Positions 34,074 through 48,184 are shown, numbered from the stretch's first letter. The stretch is DNA of 64,000 nt from Chiloscyllium plagiosum (GCF_004010195.1 NC_057755.1:3398962-3462961), one strand, 5' to 3'. Notes: generated from the sequence alone by a model not told the origin. Made by a program: numbers and translations.

Positions 34074-34958
34074 AGCCTAACTGGCCTGTAATTACCTGAC
34101 CTCTTCCCACTGCCCTTGAACATCGCGCAGGTATTAGCGAACATTCTAATTTATGGCAGTAATGATTGAGGGGAGGTCAATTATGCAATCACAAAAGATA
34201 GTTAGGTCTAGGACACAATTTTAAGGAACTCTGGCAGTGACGTCCTGGAGCTTAGCTGGCTGATTTCCAAAATCCCACACCAATTTCTGTCGTTGTGGAC
34301 TGACTTGACGTCCAGACGAGGCAAGGGCAGCAATTTTCCTTCCCTAAAGAGCATTAGTAAGAAACATGAGTTGTTATTAGAGTTGACAATGGTTTCATGG
34401 TCAACATTCGAGTCATAATTCCATATATTTAAGGAATTGAATTTCTGTCATGATAGGATTTGACAAGGATCCACACGAATACATCGGAAGCATCAGAATA
34501 CGAGCCAATTCGATATAGCCTAACTGGCCTGTAATTACCTGACCTCTTCCCACTGCCCTTGAACATCGTGCAGGTATTAGCGAACATTCTAATTTATGGC
34601 ATTAATGATTGAGGGGAGGTCAATTATGCAATCACAAAAGATAGTTAGGTCTAGGACACAATTTTGAGGAACTCTGGCAGTGACGTCCTGGAGCTTAGCT
34701 GGCTGATATCCAAAAACCCACACCAATTTCTGTCGTTGTGGACTGACGTGACGTCCAGACAAGGCAAGGGCAGCAATTTTCCTTCCCTAAAGAGCATTAG
34801 TAAGAAACATGAGTTGTTATTAGAGTTGACAATGGTTTCATGGTCAACATTCGAGTCATAATTCCATATATTTAAGGAATTGAATTTCTGTCATGATAGG
34901 ATTGGACAAGGGTCCACACGAATACTTCGGAAGCATCAGAATATGAGCCAATTCGATA
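34074..34958 (+). repeat. Direct tandem duplication, 443-bp unit x2
   Basis: agcctaactggcctgtaattacc starts at 34074 and 34517; the copies are near-identical. Confidence 0.95.
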
Positions 34959-35076
34959 CCTGGCTTCCTGGCTGATTTTAGAATCCAGTGTGATATTTCT
35001 GATCCAATTACCCAATAAAGATTTAAGTTTGTTACTATAATTCAGTGAAATATTATTTTGTTTCTATTTGATCCGT

Positions 35077-35397
35077 GGGCGGCACGGTGGCACAGTGGTT
35101 AGCATTGCTGCCTGATAGCGCCAGAGACCCGGGTTCATTTCCCGCCTCAGGCGACTGACTGTGTGGAGTTTGCACGTTCTCCCCGTGTCTGTGTGGGTTT
35201 CCTCCGGGTGCTCCGGTTTCCGCCCACAGTCCAAAGATGTGCAGGTCAGGTGAATTGGCCATGCGAAATTGCCCGTAGTGTTAGGTAAGGGGTAAATGCA
35301 GGGTTATGGGTGGGTTGCGCTTCGGCGGGGCAGTGTGGACTTGTTGGGCCGAAGGGTCTGTTTCCACACTGTAAGTAATCTAATCTAATCTAATCTA
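35077..35397 (+). mobile_element. Full-length HE1-type SINE
   Basis: gggcggcacggtggcacagtggttagc...gggttcatttccc...taatctaatctaatctaa. Confidence 0.93.
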
Positions 35398-36578
35398 AAA
35401 AATGGAAATGCAGACAGACTAAGTGAGAGTGGTTAACCCTATTAATTTGAATTAACTTGAATCAACAAGACAATTTGCTTCTAATCACGATGGGTGAGTG
35501 TATTTGAGTGGGAAGTTTGAAGAAACTAAGGATGAGCAGTGGGCATTGTTTTCCCATGCAAAGGAAGGTATGAAGTACAAAGGAAGTAGAATAATTTAAG
35601 TGTGTGTGTGTTTGTAACACACAGAGGACATTCTTCTGCATTATGAGTATTTTATTCAGAATGCTTTCCTTTATTTGGTGGAGGGGCGGGGGCATGGTCC
35701 CTATTGTCTGTGATATACATCAATGACACAGATGTGTGTGTGTGTGAGTGTGCGTGCGAGTGTGTGTCTGTGTGTGAGTGTGTGTGTGTGTGTGTCTGTG
35801 TGTGTGTGTGTGTGTGTGTTTGAGAGACCATGCCTGTTCTTTGTCTCTGTCTGTGTGGGACGAATGGAGATGTCGTGTAATTTTGGTGAGAGAAACATGA
35901 CGGTTCTGAGAGTCTCTTCTGTTCTCTCATTCTGTAATTCTAGAATTCTGAAGATAAAATTCTGAGTTCGTTTTTTTGTATTGCTTTTGAGAAAGTATAA
36001 TCAAGTGTAAGTTCTAGTTGTTGTTCTGGTAATTATGAGCGTCAGGTTCTGTATTAGAGTGCACATTCACACACACAGTTTCCAAATGAGTTGTAAAACC
36101 GAGCTAACAAGGGAAGCAGTGGTGCGTATGCAATAGAACAGCTCTCAAGAAGTTCACGAGGTACTGAATGACTGAATAGACTCAGCAAAATGAGGGGCAT
36201 CAATGAAAGAAATATCAAAATGTATTTTGATTTTGGAAGGACTGATAGTGAGTGAAATAACACAAATATTGTCAATTAATGCAAAATTGCAATTGACCAT
36301 TTGAGACATCGTAGGATCAGATTAATCCAGCCTTTGGGGTATTCAAACACGGTCTCAAATCTCAATGATCTCACATCATTAAAATTAACCTTCTGTTGTA
36401 ATATGTTTATTCAAAATGCTGGAAAAAAATGAAGGTGTAATCATAGTTTCCCAGTGGAGATGCCACACAACATAAAATAAGATCTCTGGGAATGCCTCAT
36501 CACCAATTCGAAGAGAATTCTCCAATTCTGACAGATTGCTATCAGCGGGAAGGGAGAGGTTGTCTGACAAACAACAAA

Positions 36579-36645
36579 ATGCATCTTCTCAGGGAAAGGG
36601 TCGAAAAGGTGTTCGAGACTATCCTTGCTGTTGTTGGTATTCCTG
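36579..36645 (+). CDS. GPR139-like GPCR, coding exon 1: MHLLRERVEKVFETILAVVGIP + G (phase 1)
   Basis: aaaATG start, hydrophobic start of TM1, strong CTG|gtaaga donor; the phase-1 end matches exon 2. Confidence 0.85.
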
Positions 36646-36827
36646 GTAAGACTTGTAATAACTTATCTTGCATAAATCTCTGCATTTAATCATGTTTGCC
36701 TCTGTCTATGATTGATCTCCGTGTTTAATCATACTTACTTCTATCTGAGACTGCTAATCGTTTTATTTCCACTAAACAAGATAAATCGCCATGTCAGAGA
36801 ATAGTGTCCTTACTCACTGAATTTAAA

Positions 36828-37168
36828 GCAAATAGTTTGTCAATTACGAGACTCCTCAGTTGTGTGCAGCATTGTCTGTTTCTCTACACTGTGCGGAAAG
36901 GGTTTATACTGAGGCCACTTTGACGAAGTTTATATGAGCACGGGCACTGGCTTGTTTGAGGAAAGGTTCAGCAAGACTATTCTCTCTCTCTCTGGCAAAT
37001 AGTTTGTCAATTACGAGACTCCTCAGTTGTGTGCAGCATTGTCTGTTTCTCTACACTGTGCGGAAAGGGTTTATACTGAGGCCACTTTGACGAAGTTTCT
37101 ATGAGCACGGGCACTTTGTTTGAGGAAAGGTTCAGCAAGACTACTCTCTCTCTCTCTCTCTCTCTCTC
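36828..37168 (+). repeat. Direct tandem duplication, ~167-bp unit x2, in the GPCR intron
   Basis: gcaaatagtttgtcaattacgagac starts at 36828 and 36995. Confidence 0.93.
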
Positions 37169-38825
37169 TGTTTGTTAGCTCAAAGTTTGCCATCCTTCAA
37201 ATGTACAAAGTTAATAATGACACGACACCAGGTTATGGTCCAACAGGTTTATTCGGAAGCACCAGCTTTCATAGCGCTGCTCCTCCATCAGGTGGCTGCA
37301 CAAATCATCCATCAGATGGATTTTCTTCCAGGCCCATCTCTCAGAGACATCTGGGGCTTCCCATTCCTTGATGTAGCCGTATTTTGTTCGTGAATTTTGC
37401 TCAGGCAGCTTGCTCCAAATGGGAGCTCGGATACAACGTGGGCAGCTCGTCATGTGGTGGTAAGTGAGCATCAGCACAGAATGGTTTCACATTCTTGTGT
37501 GTTTTCATCAGTCACTGGATGTGTGGGCTGTGGTGATATTTGTGACGACAGATCGTGGAGAGGGGTGTCCAGCACAGCATCACGTTTATATGCAGTGCTA
37601 AATTATTGGATTGTCAAAGAGAGATGTGAGTTGTGCCATTTGTAAGAAGACGCACACTACTGTGGTGCAGAATGTAGTCGAACCAACACTGAGATCTGGA
37701 ATGATGTAGCAGCAGCTCCCCTACAGAGGATCAAGCAACTGTGTCCAACAGGCTGCTTCCCGCCTTGTCCTTCGTTGCTGCTGTTTTTTCATGTTCCCCA
37801 AATGATAATGGCCTATGTGCAGTTCCACCCCATTGGCATTCTGTTGGGATAGTTATTTTGTCTTTGGTGATCAATTTACATATATAGCTATGAGTCTCTT
37901 GTCCCAAGCTGTGGAACAATTCTGGTGATATCTATGTAGAATTTCAGTCAACCTATGGAGATTTCTAGCCCCAAATAACTCTGAGTCTGCGTTGGGAACC
38001 TCCGTTCACAAGGAGAGGAGATTGGGAGCGTGAGCCTGGGCATCAGGAAGGAAGCTTTGTTTGTCCTCAGATAAGGTGTTGAACTTCTAAATCAGAAAGT
38101 TGCGATGGCCAATGCTGTGTCGATTCATATTTTGTTTAGGTGGTGGCTGTGGTGTACAGTGTTGGACATGTGGGAGGAGTCTGTGTCAAAAGTTGAAGAT
38201 CTTTCGATTGTGGTGAGTATCCAACCTGGGACATGGTGGTTGGATTCACTGCTGAATGCTTTCATGGTTCAAATTATCAGGATAGTCAATCCTGTACATG
38301 AGGAAGGCACTCAATACTCGATTGTTTATTCATCCATATTGTGGAGAGTATCCATTCCTGAACACTGTGGAGTCATTCAGTGTTCTGTGCTGTTCTTTAT
38401 ATCATGTAGATATACAATTCCAGAAGCAAACTGAATTGTGGAGGATCTGAAATCAAATACAGAAATTTTCCCATCAATGCTGTGTTAGTGCCTCCCATTG
38501 TTTGTCGTACTGATCCCAGGTGTCTTGGAGTGAGTGCAGTGGTGTTATGGGAAACTTCAGCCAGTCTGTGTAACCTATATAGCAGGTGAAATTCACTGCT
38601 GTCAGCAAGCCGCTGCTCATGTTCTTCCCTATGCCTTTTTTTAAAACTGCAAATGATACACTTTGAGAGAGTTTGCTGCTGTGATTCAAATTCTTTAAAC
38701 TTTGTATGACATGGAACAACGATTATCTTTTTTTACCATTACTTATAGCCTGAGCCCAGACACGGAGAGTGTTTGATCAGTAACTTCAAGCCTGCTTTTT
38801 TTTTTCCTTTCTTTCTCTCTTACAG

Positions 38826-39712
38826 TTAGTCTAGTGGTGTTTGTAATCTTAGCTCGGGGCAAATGTGGCCTTTCTTCATGCATCACTCGCTATCTGGTCG
38901 CCATGGCAGCGTCTGATCTACTGTTCATTGTTTTTAATATCATACTCCGTCGATTTGCATATTATTATTATGCACAGTGTTTCCTGGACATCACTCCTGT
39001 TTGTAGTGTTACCTATGTACTGAGCTGCTTGACCATTGATTGTTCGGTCTGGTTCACTGTTGCTTTATCTTTTGATCGATTTGTCGCCATTTGCTTTCAT
39101 CAGATGAAATCTCAGTATTGCACACAGAAAACTGCAACAAGTGTTCTCACAACAATTTGCATTTTGTTCTGTTTAAAGAACATTCCCAACTACTTTCGAT
39201 TTAAACCTGGAATGATCAGTAACAATGTTCCATGGTATTGTTCTACCACATCCAGTTATTATAACGATCCTCGGTGGGCAAGTTTTAAATATTTTGAAAA
39301 ATTTTTAACACCGTTTCTCCCCTTCAGTTTTATTCTCTTTATTAATGTTCTGACTGTCAGATATATCTTTGAGGCTGCGAAAATGCGTGAGGGGCTGAGG
39401 GGACAGAGAAAAATGGAAAACGACCCAGAGGGAGAGAGCAGAAAGAAATCTGTGATTTTACTCTTTGCCATATCTGCCAGTTTCATACTTCTCTGGTTGG
39501 TGTATATTTTGTATTTCTTTAATGCTAGTTATTCCTTCGATTCTGCTGCTCATGATCTCTTTCGAAAAGTGGCATATATGCTGCAGAAGTTAAGTTGCTG
39601 CACAAATGCTTTTATTTATGTGGTGACCCAGAAAACGTTCAGAGACCAGTTAAAGTGTGCAGTGAAATATCCAGTTATAAAAGTGATGGCCATGATCAAA
39701 CAATCCAAGTAA
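38826..39712 (+). CDS. GPR139-like class A GPCR, coding exon 2 (spliced product 317 aa, apparently intact)
   Basis: Long pyrimidine tract and tacag acceptor. Motifs RGKCGLS.CITRYLVAMAASDLL, CSVWFTVALSFDRFVAIC, LTPFLPF, RKKSVILLFAIS, SCCTNAFIY, FRDQL. 67+887 nt = 318 codons including the stop. Orthology to GPR139 itself is not established. Confidence 0.93.
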
Positions 39713-40397
39713 CTGAGGAATCAACATTAGATCCAGCGGATAATGGAATGAAGAGTTCACATGAGGAATGGACTGAAAGGAGGAGGATTAACAGCCTGAT
39801 AACACTCCGTATCTAATTGGCAAGGAATACTCCTTCTGAGTAGCAAAATGAAAGAGACAGCAGGAGAAGAGTGATTTAAAGTGCTGTTCGCGAGGAGCAA
39901 TAGTTAGTAGGAAGCTGACCAACAAAAGCAAAAGCAAACGAGTAATTATATTGACACAAAAGCTACCTTCATCGCAAGCCATCTGTTCGCAGTGAGCAAA
40001 GCGGGTACAAGGAGAAATGACCCGGAGGAAATCATCACTGTTCACTGCAGGTCAGAGTGGGAAATACAATCAAACAATCCTGTTCACTCTTCCTCAAGCA
40101 ACGCTCTGATCAATACAACTGGTCAAATTAAAAATAAATGTTTCAATTCTAAAGAGTAAATCATATCCAGGAAAGATTCTGTGCCATCTGGGTGCAAATT
40201 TATTTTCAACAATAAATGACTTTGATTCCATTCAATTCGCTGATATCAATAGTTTGTTTCTTTGTTCCTTTCCAAGACCCAGCTGATGCGGTGGCACGGG
40301 AATCCAAACCTCATCAGAGACACCTCTGGACTCCCTCTCTGCACCCTCCCAATGACCCAGATCCCTCTTTTATTTAAGATATTCCTTAAAATTGACT

Positions 40398-40985
40398 TAG
40401 AGTCATACAGTCGTAGAGATCTACAGTATGGAAATAGACCCTTCAGTCCAAATCATCTATGCTGACCAGATACCTAACCCAATCTAGCCCCACCTGCCAG
40501 CACCCGGCCCATATCCCTCCAAACCCTTCCTATTCATATATCCATCTTGCTGCATTTTAAATATTGCAATTGTACCAGCTTCCACCACTTCCTCTGACAG
40601 CTCATTCCATTCATGTACCACCCTCTGTGTGGAAAACTTGCCTCGCTCACCCTAAACCTATGCCCCTATTGTTATGGATTCCCCCACCCCAGGGAAAAAA
40701 AAGATTGTCTATTGACTCTATCAATGCCCCTCATGATTTTTTAAACCTCTGTAAGGTCACCCCTCAGCCTCCGATGCTCCAGGGAAAACAGCCCCAGCCC
40801 ATTCAACCTCTCTGGAAAGCTCAAATGCTCTAACCCTGTCAACCGCCTTGTAAATATTTTCTGAACCCTTTCAAGTTTCACAAAATCCTTCCAATAGGAA
40901 GAAGACCAGAATTGCATGCAATATTCCAAAGTGGCCTTGTCAATGTCCTGTACAGCCACAACATGACCCCACAACTCCTCCACTC
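40398..40985 (-). mobile_element. CR1 LINE 3' fragment
   Basis: [27 protein letters not shown]...[15 protein letters not shown] and tail. Confidence 0.88.
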
Positions 40986-41659
40986 AACTGCATAAGTTAT
41001 TGTCACTTGACCTAATATAACCTTTAGTGTATCAGCACCATGTCTGTTGAATTGGTCATGATATAGGTCTGTTTAAATGCATTTGGGGATTGTGTTGTGT
41101 TAAGGAGCCAGTGATTGCAGTATAGGAATGAATATAGCTGCCTTCCAATCAGCTGATTCCTGGCAATCACATGTCGAGATTTTTGGCTTGATCAATAGGA
41201 GAATCCAAAGACAAAAGGAATTGATCCATTTGAAAACAATTACAGCTATTATTTCAAGACAGTAAAATGGGAGCAGACAGACAAGGTCTGGACTATACTG
41301 TTTAGCTGCTGCTTTCTCTCACACCTCCTCCCTTTCCTGGTACACTTACTCACCTAATTCATCCTGCAGAGATGACTGTAGCTGTGTTTCTTCTCTGGAG
41401 AAAGTCTGCTCCAAGGTAGAGGTAGCTGGGAGCTGACTGGATGCACTGTGAACTTAGGCCGAGAGAGTATCGTTGAGCGACAGACTTCTGGGTATTTAAG
41501 CAGACTCTGGCACCCTTTATCCCTTTGTTCATGTGCACTAAGCAGGTGTTGTGTACCGGCGTGTTTGTCTCTAAGTGAGAGAAAGTTCGAACCTCAATCC
41601 TACTTGGATCCTTTAATCTCACCCCCTGCCTGAATCAGTGCTCCCGAAACAAAGTAAAA

Positions 41660-41875
41660 AATGTTGCAAAGGAACAAAAGAGCAGGTCAGGCAACGTCCG
41701 AGGAGCAGGAGAGTCGACATTTCGGGCAAAAGCCCTTAATCAGGAAGGTTAAAGGGCTTATGCCTGAAATGTGGACTCCCCTGCTTCTCGGATGCTGCCT
41801 GACCTGCTGTTCCTTTTCAGCACCACACTTTTTGACTCCAAGCTCAAGAATCTGCAGTCCCCACTTCCTCTCCTG
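41660..41875. mobile_element. Fold-back pair of Penelope termini with two decayed hammerhead cores
   Basis: agcaggtcaggcaacgtccgaggagcagg...tttcgggcaaaagcccttaatcagg followed by aagggcttatgcctgaaa...cctgcttctcggatgctgcctgacctgct. Confidence 0.78.
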
Positions 41876-42817
41876 AAATAAACTCCTGGCGGCAGGTTCT
41901 GTCCCTAATAGGGATAGGGATTGGGTGAGACAATCGAGAGACAGGGTGCCTACCAGAATGGGGAGTATCACCTTTTTAAACTCACCACGCATTTCCCTGA
42001 CTCCTGTTTTTATCTCTGATCCTTTCTTTTCTCTTTTCTTTCTCTCTGTCTGTGTCTCTCACTCTCTACCTCTCTCTCTCTCTATCATACTGATAGCATT
42101 TTCTTTTGTCTTTTTAAAAATTTCTTCTTTCTATCTTTGTCTACGTTCTTTATCATTCTCACTTTTTTTCTGTCACTCTCTCCCACCTTTCCGTTCCTTC
42201 CCTAGTTCTTTAAGTTATGAAACTGCAATTTTGCACCATCCCCAACACATCTAGCTTCTTCTAAATGCAGCGCCTCCACAGCCCCTGACTATTTGCTTTT
42301 CCCTTTGTAGCTTTATCTCCTCAGAACTAGCCTCTTTGTAGTTTCTCCAGTACCCAACCAGCTCACTTTGAAACCTTTCTCTATCCCCATCCATTCACCA
42401 TACACCCCGGGGTATGTTCCAGCCCCTGGGCTGGAGGACAAAGTGAGCATGTGCAGAGACCAGATTGAGTTTTTCTGTAGCGACTGGGAAGTTGATGCCC
42501 TATTGAATTGGGCTGCTTTATACTTCAGCTGGCTTTGCTATCCTGGGGATTTTCGCGAGCTCCTCCTAGAGCAGAGACTCACACAAACATGTGGGTGATT
42601 GGAAAGTCCTTCATTCATTGCTCCAGGTTTATTCATGAGCTCTGGCTCGTGTATTTCTGTACAACATCGTGAATACCCAACAGGCTATTAGATCAAAACC
42701 TTTATCCCAGTTGATTTTGACTTCCAACTTCATTAAAGTATTCACAAAGATCACGAGCAGCCATCCAATTCCAATACTTTTCTACACAACAGCAGTAATT
42801 CTAAATGGAATGATTGC

Positions 42818-43128
42818 GGGTGGCCAAGTTGGCTCAGTGGTTAGCACTGCTGCCACAGTGTGCCAGGGACCCGGGTTCTTTTCCACCTCGGGCGACTGTG
42901 TGGAGTTTGCACATTCTCCCCATGTCTGTGTGGGTTTCCACTGGGTGCTCTGGTTTTCTCTCACAATCCAACGATGTGCAGGTTAAAGTGGATTGGCCAT
43001 AATATTCAGAGTTGTGTCGGTTAGTTGCATAAGTCAGGGGTAAATGCTGGATATTAGGGTGTGGGAATGGGTCTGGGTGGATTACTCTTCGGAGGGTTGA
43101 AGGGCCTGGTTCCACACTGTTAGAATTC
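42818..43128 (+). mobile_element. HE1-type SINE
   Basis: tggctcagtggttagc, central domain, gaagggcctggttccacactgt tail. Confidence 0.88.
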
Positions 43129-44077
43129 TGACAATTAGTTTCATCTGGTGACGTGTATTTGCTGTCATAGATGCAGTGAGTTAACTTAATACCATTCTAT
43201 AGGGCACCATCGTTGACCACTGCCCTTTGCTTCCGGAGAATCGATGTTTTGGTTTGGATGCTGCCTGACCTGCCGTGCTTTTCCAGCACTGCACTCTCGA
43301 TTCCAAAGTCAAGTGGTCTAATGCAGTGCTCGCCATTCTCCAAATCCAACATCACTGCACATTTCTTTTGGGAATATCCAATCCCAAGTTTCCAAGAAAC
43401 ATGCAATGCTGTCTCCATCAGGGAACAATAGTGCAGCAGAGTTTCTCTCCTAGCATTCAAGTCATTGATACAGATTACTAATAGTTGGGCCCCAAAGACT
43501 GAACCTGCGTCACCCACTAGTTATGTGCTGCATGGTGGGATAGGGCTTGATGGGCTGAACGGCATACTCCTACTCTCAGTTTCTATGTTTGCCGCGAGCC
43601 CGATAAATTCAATTTTGACAGAAAAGGAAGAACAATTTTGTGAGTTTGGCTGTATAGGGATTTTGCATTTTCTGACTCAAAATGCCTCTGACATGGTTTC
43701 CTCAACCCCCCTTCCTATTCTCACTCTCTGTCCCCCCAACCTCCCCCCCCCCCCCCATCCTTTGGATCCCTTTCGCCCTGAGAGCTGGATCTACCTACTC
43801 CGTGAAAATGTTTGATCTCAACGGTTTTCTGTGGCAGAAGATTCCACAGTCTCCCCACTCTCTGGGTAAAACATTTCTCCCCATCTCAGTCTGAAATGGC
43901 CTGGAATTAGACTGTGACTCCTGGTTCTGAATTCCCCAGTCACCAGGAACATTCTCCCTGTGTTGACGCAGTTAGAATGTTAGAGCTTCCTGTGAGATCC
44001 CCCTCATTCTAGTGATCCCACAGTGAATTTAACTTATCCAGTCTCTCTTCATACATCTCATTTTTACTCATTCAGTG

Positions 44078-44110
<33 letters not shown>

Positions 44111-47100
44111 TCCTCTATCATTTGCTCTCACTCTCGAACTCACATTTTGTTTCTCTTGTCACTTTGACTCACTCTCACTCGGACTCTCTCCCTTGGTCAC
44201 ACTCACTCTCTGCCTACCTCTCCCTTGCACACTCTCACCTTCACGCTCCCTCTCAATCTCGTTCCCTGTGTCTCTCACAGTCCCTCAACTTGATTTTTCA
44301 AGCTACAAAAGGTCACATGTCAGATCAGCCAGTGAAATGAGGCCTTGTTCAGAATCTGTCGCAGAGTTTGAACCTGCAGTCAGGCTTGTTTTATCCTGAT
44401 AACAGGAATTTATGAACTACCACAGTGTCCATCTGTGACATGAAATTTGGTGATGTCTAAAGAGAGGGAAAAAATCTCTAATTGAAAAAACGTCCTGGAT
44501 GGAATGATTTACCTATGCTTGTGAGAGAGTGAAAGAGTAAAGGTCAGTGTGTCAGGTTGTCCAATTCAATGTGTTTGCGTGAAAGTATGTGAATGCATGA
44601 CAGCGTACAAGTGCATGACTGAATGTCTTTATATATGTGTGTCTGTGACTTTTTTTGTGAGAGAGAGAGAGTGAGTGTGTGTGTATGTAAGTTAGAAGAG
44701 TGTTCGATTTTGTGTGAGACACTGAAAATGTGTGAGTGTCTTTGTCTACGTGTGATTGTGTGATTGTGTGAAGGACAAACTCTTAACGGATATTAATATC
44801 TTCAGTGAAAGGGAAAATCTGATCAGAAGGGATTCATAGAAGGATTTCCTCACATTCCCAACATAGTCTCCCGGCAATAATTGTCAATGCATCATTGTCC
44901 TCCTAATTGTTAGCTCCACTACCATGTTAAATTTCTGGTACTTGTGTACAAGATCACCCTTATCCTCCAGACATTAATAGTTAATAATTCTTCATCACTT
45001 TCTAAACTAAATGTTCTGTTTCTTTTCTATTCTTCTGACAAATGTAAATCACCTCCTTATATTCCATCTGTCAATATTTTAAATATAGTCTGCACAATAA
45101 AGACAGCCCAGTAAATGCTGTGATGGGATGTAGCAAGCTCTGTTACATTCAGTATCTTCATGTTACATTGTAATAATATCCAGTCAGAAACCTGCCCTCC
45201 CTCAAGGACAAAACCTCCCTGGGTCTGGAAATGAGGACTGGGCAAATAATTTAGTCTGTCACTGAGTATGTTTGGAAATCTGTGCTGCACATGGACATTT
45301 CTCCACATTATATTCCATCTGCCAATGACTTTCCCACTCAGTGAAGCTGGCCATACCGGGTCTCAGTCTCTTTGGTCGTCCCCACAGCTTTCTCTCCAAC
45401 ACAACGCAGAAGCTGTCCAATGGGCCCATCAAGTCCACATTGACCCGGCAAATGGTATCCCACCCAGACCCACCCTCTCGCTCTGTGAGGCAGCACGACT
45501 AACTGCTGAGCCACTGTGCCACTCTCTGTACCAGCATTGACACCATCTACCGAACTTTAAATTTTATTTCAGTGCTGTCCTTCCCTTGACTTGATTGTTT
45601 GGAAATTAAACTCTGTTTATTGAATGTCGCTCTGAGAAACGTTCTCCTCAACACTGGGATGTTGCTTCCCTGGCTATCACTGGCTGCTCTGTGATGGGAT
45701 GATCGTTGGTTAATGGTGATGACACTGTGTTAATAAATCCAACATTGCAATAGAATTCCTCACCTTCAGCTGATGAAGTTACTGAATCGAACATAATTTC
45801 GCAAATTAAGGCAATAATTCAGACAAGTAAAATAACTCACTGAAAAATACCCTCAACGGTTACATAAGCACCAATCAATACAGAACCTCGTACCAGGATA
45901 ATAGTATACTGGAAATGTTTCAGAGCCATCTCTGAGACACACATGGTCTGTAAAGCAACACACGGGGACAAGGTTTCTCAGTTCCCTGCAATGTACTGTA
46001 TGTGTACACAGAAGAAACCGAACACATACGACAGATGATGGGATGAAACAGTTTCAATCGAGATGGAGCAGTGAGGCCATTGAGGGATCTGCACACACAA
46101 GGATGCAGAAATGTCAAAATTTGGAAATGTTTTGCTGGAGTCATTGTTGTCAATGAGGCCTGTGGTGATGGTGAGATGTGACTTGATGTGAGGATTGATA
46201 AAGGACAGAAAACAAAGAGCAGGAATAAATATTTCATTTTATGTCAGGCTGGTATTAGTGAGTGCTGCAAGGACTATTATTCGAGACACAGTCATTTATA
46301 AACTCTATCAATAACTGAGACGATGTGATCATGTGGTACTTTTGCTGATAATACAATGTTAGGAGGGAGAGAAAAATCTCAAGAAGGACATAGGAATGTG
46401 GTGAAGGGGAAGGATAGGTTCTGTGACTGAGTGAGCACGAAATAGTCTGTGCAATACAATGTAGAGAAATGTGAGGTATTCTTCATTCATTTCAGTCTTG
46501 GAAAGATTCAGGCCATCTGTAAACATTTAGTTGCTTCTCGTAGTCTGAAATCAAGAGGCAACAAGAAACGTTTGGGTCAGTTAAGTCCCAGTAGTTTCCA
46601 TTATTGTCTTGAAATATTTACTGGTCTCAGACACTTCTAAATTTGAGAAATTCAGCTCTGGGTTTGAGTCATTTCACTCCGTTATCATTGAAGCCTTGCT
46701 GTCCAGCTATCATTCTGGGCAATCGATATTGCACTCAAATGGACATGGACTCCCAACTCCTCAGTATTTTTATTTTGTTTTTCCTTTTTTGTGGAGTCAG
46801 TTCAGTGTTGTGTACACATCAAATAGCAGCAGCGCACAAAGCAAGAGTTATTGTCTGACTCTTTCAGAATCATCAGTCCTGATTTCACAGAGTCCAGATT
46901 GGTATGTTGAATCAAAAGTGTTCGGGTCAAGGACGTCACAGAGCAACTTAAGCACATCTTGGGGTGTGGGGTTGGCTGGGGTGGGACAGGGACAGGAGCA
47001 TGAAAGTGTGGAAAGTGAAGAGTCCGGAGTCTTGGTGTACATATAGTTCCAAAATGTCTGAAAGCGAAATCATTCTTCAGGGACCGGCATGCTGTCATTC

Positions 47101-48184
47101 ATCACCCTTTATTTGCAAATACTTTGGTCGTTTACTCTCGTTGAGTCAGACATTTGGCATCTCAATATCCCTGCCATTCATCCTTTTATTTCAAACAGAG
47201 CTTCCTGATTGGATCAGATTAACAGCTGCAATCAGGGAACTCATATCCTCTGAGGGCCACCTGACTGACGTCATGACAATAACAGATTATAACAGCAATG
47301 ACTTCCGAAACACACAATTTGGCAAATCAGGGAGGGATTTGAAAAGCTGATCCCCTCGTTACTCTGAGTACACATTACGCCAATGACTGTGTGGTTGGAA
47401 GCACTGGTTCCAAGAGGAAGGGCTTTTGATCTCTCGATTATAAGTGAGGTTTCTGGGTCTTGTGTAACCGCAATACATTGGAAACATGTGTTATGCTTTA
47501 GCTGGATGTGGATTGCTACTCTTCAGGAGAAACATACTACCGCCATTGTGGAATATTTACTCAAACCAGTCGGAGTAGTATAAACCTGGGATAAATCTCA
47601 GTTAGAAGGCAAATTAAGCTGGCCACTTGAAGTCGAAAATCTATGATTGAAAGAGGAAAACAACAAAAATGGGTTCTGGATCCATGCTTCAGAATCCTAC
47701 TCTTCCGGACAAACATTTCCTTCACTTGCCTCACAGATTCAGCGACAGAATTCTTTCTGGGGCGCCTTTTTTTTAAATTTTAGGGATAACTCAAAAACAA
47801 ATCTATATCAATTCAGTGATACAGTTACTGCCGAAATATCACGCTTACATGTATTATTTGTGATGATGCTTGAGGTGTTTGGACAGAAACAACATAGTAA
47901 AATAACTGACTTCTGACATCTCATCGATATGAATTGATACAAGGGAACAGATGTAAGCATGCAGCAAGTTAATATACTTTCACCAAATATTACATACACA
48001 ATGCAATAGCATGAATTTACAATACTATTGCATTGGGGGTGAGTGATCTTCAAACGCATTAAGTTTATTAAGTTTGAGAAGGAAGTATTTGAGTCTGAAA
48101 CTCGGGTCCTGAATCTAAATAAAGAATTGATGCATGAATGAGAAATGACAGACTAAGGAACCTTAGTCAAGAGGTTCTAAGTGA

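Noticed and set aside
46609..47350. ORFs of 145 and 128 aa
   Set aside because: No recognisable domain, splice structure or homolog in the window; I cannot support them.
47808..48059. KSVILL motif suggesting another GPCR remnant
   Set aside because: The flanking residues do not match TM5 or TM6 of the family; likely chance.
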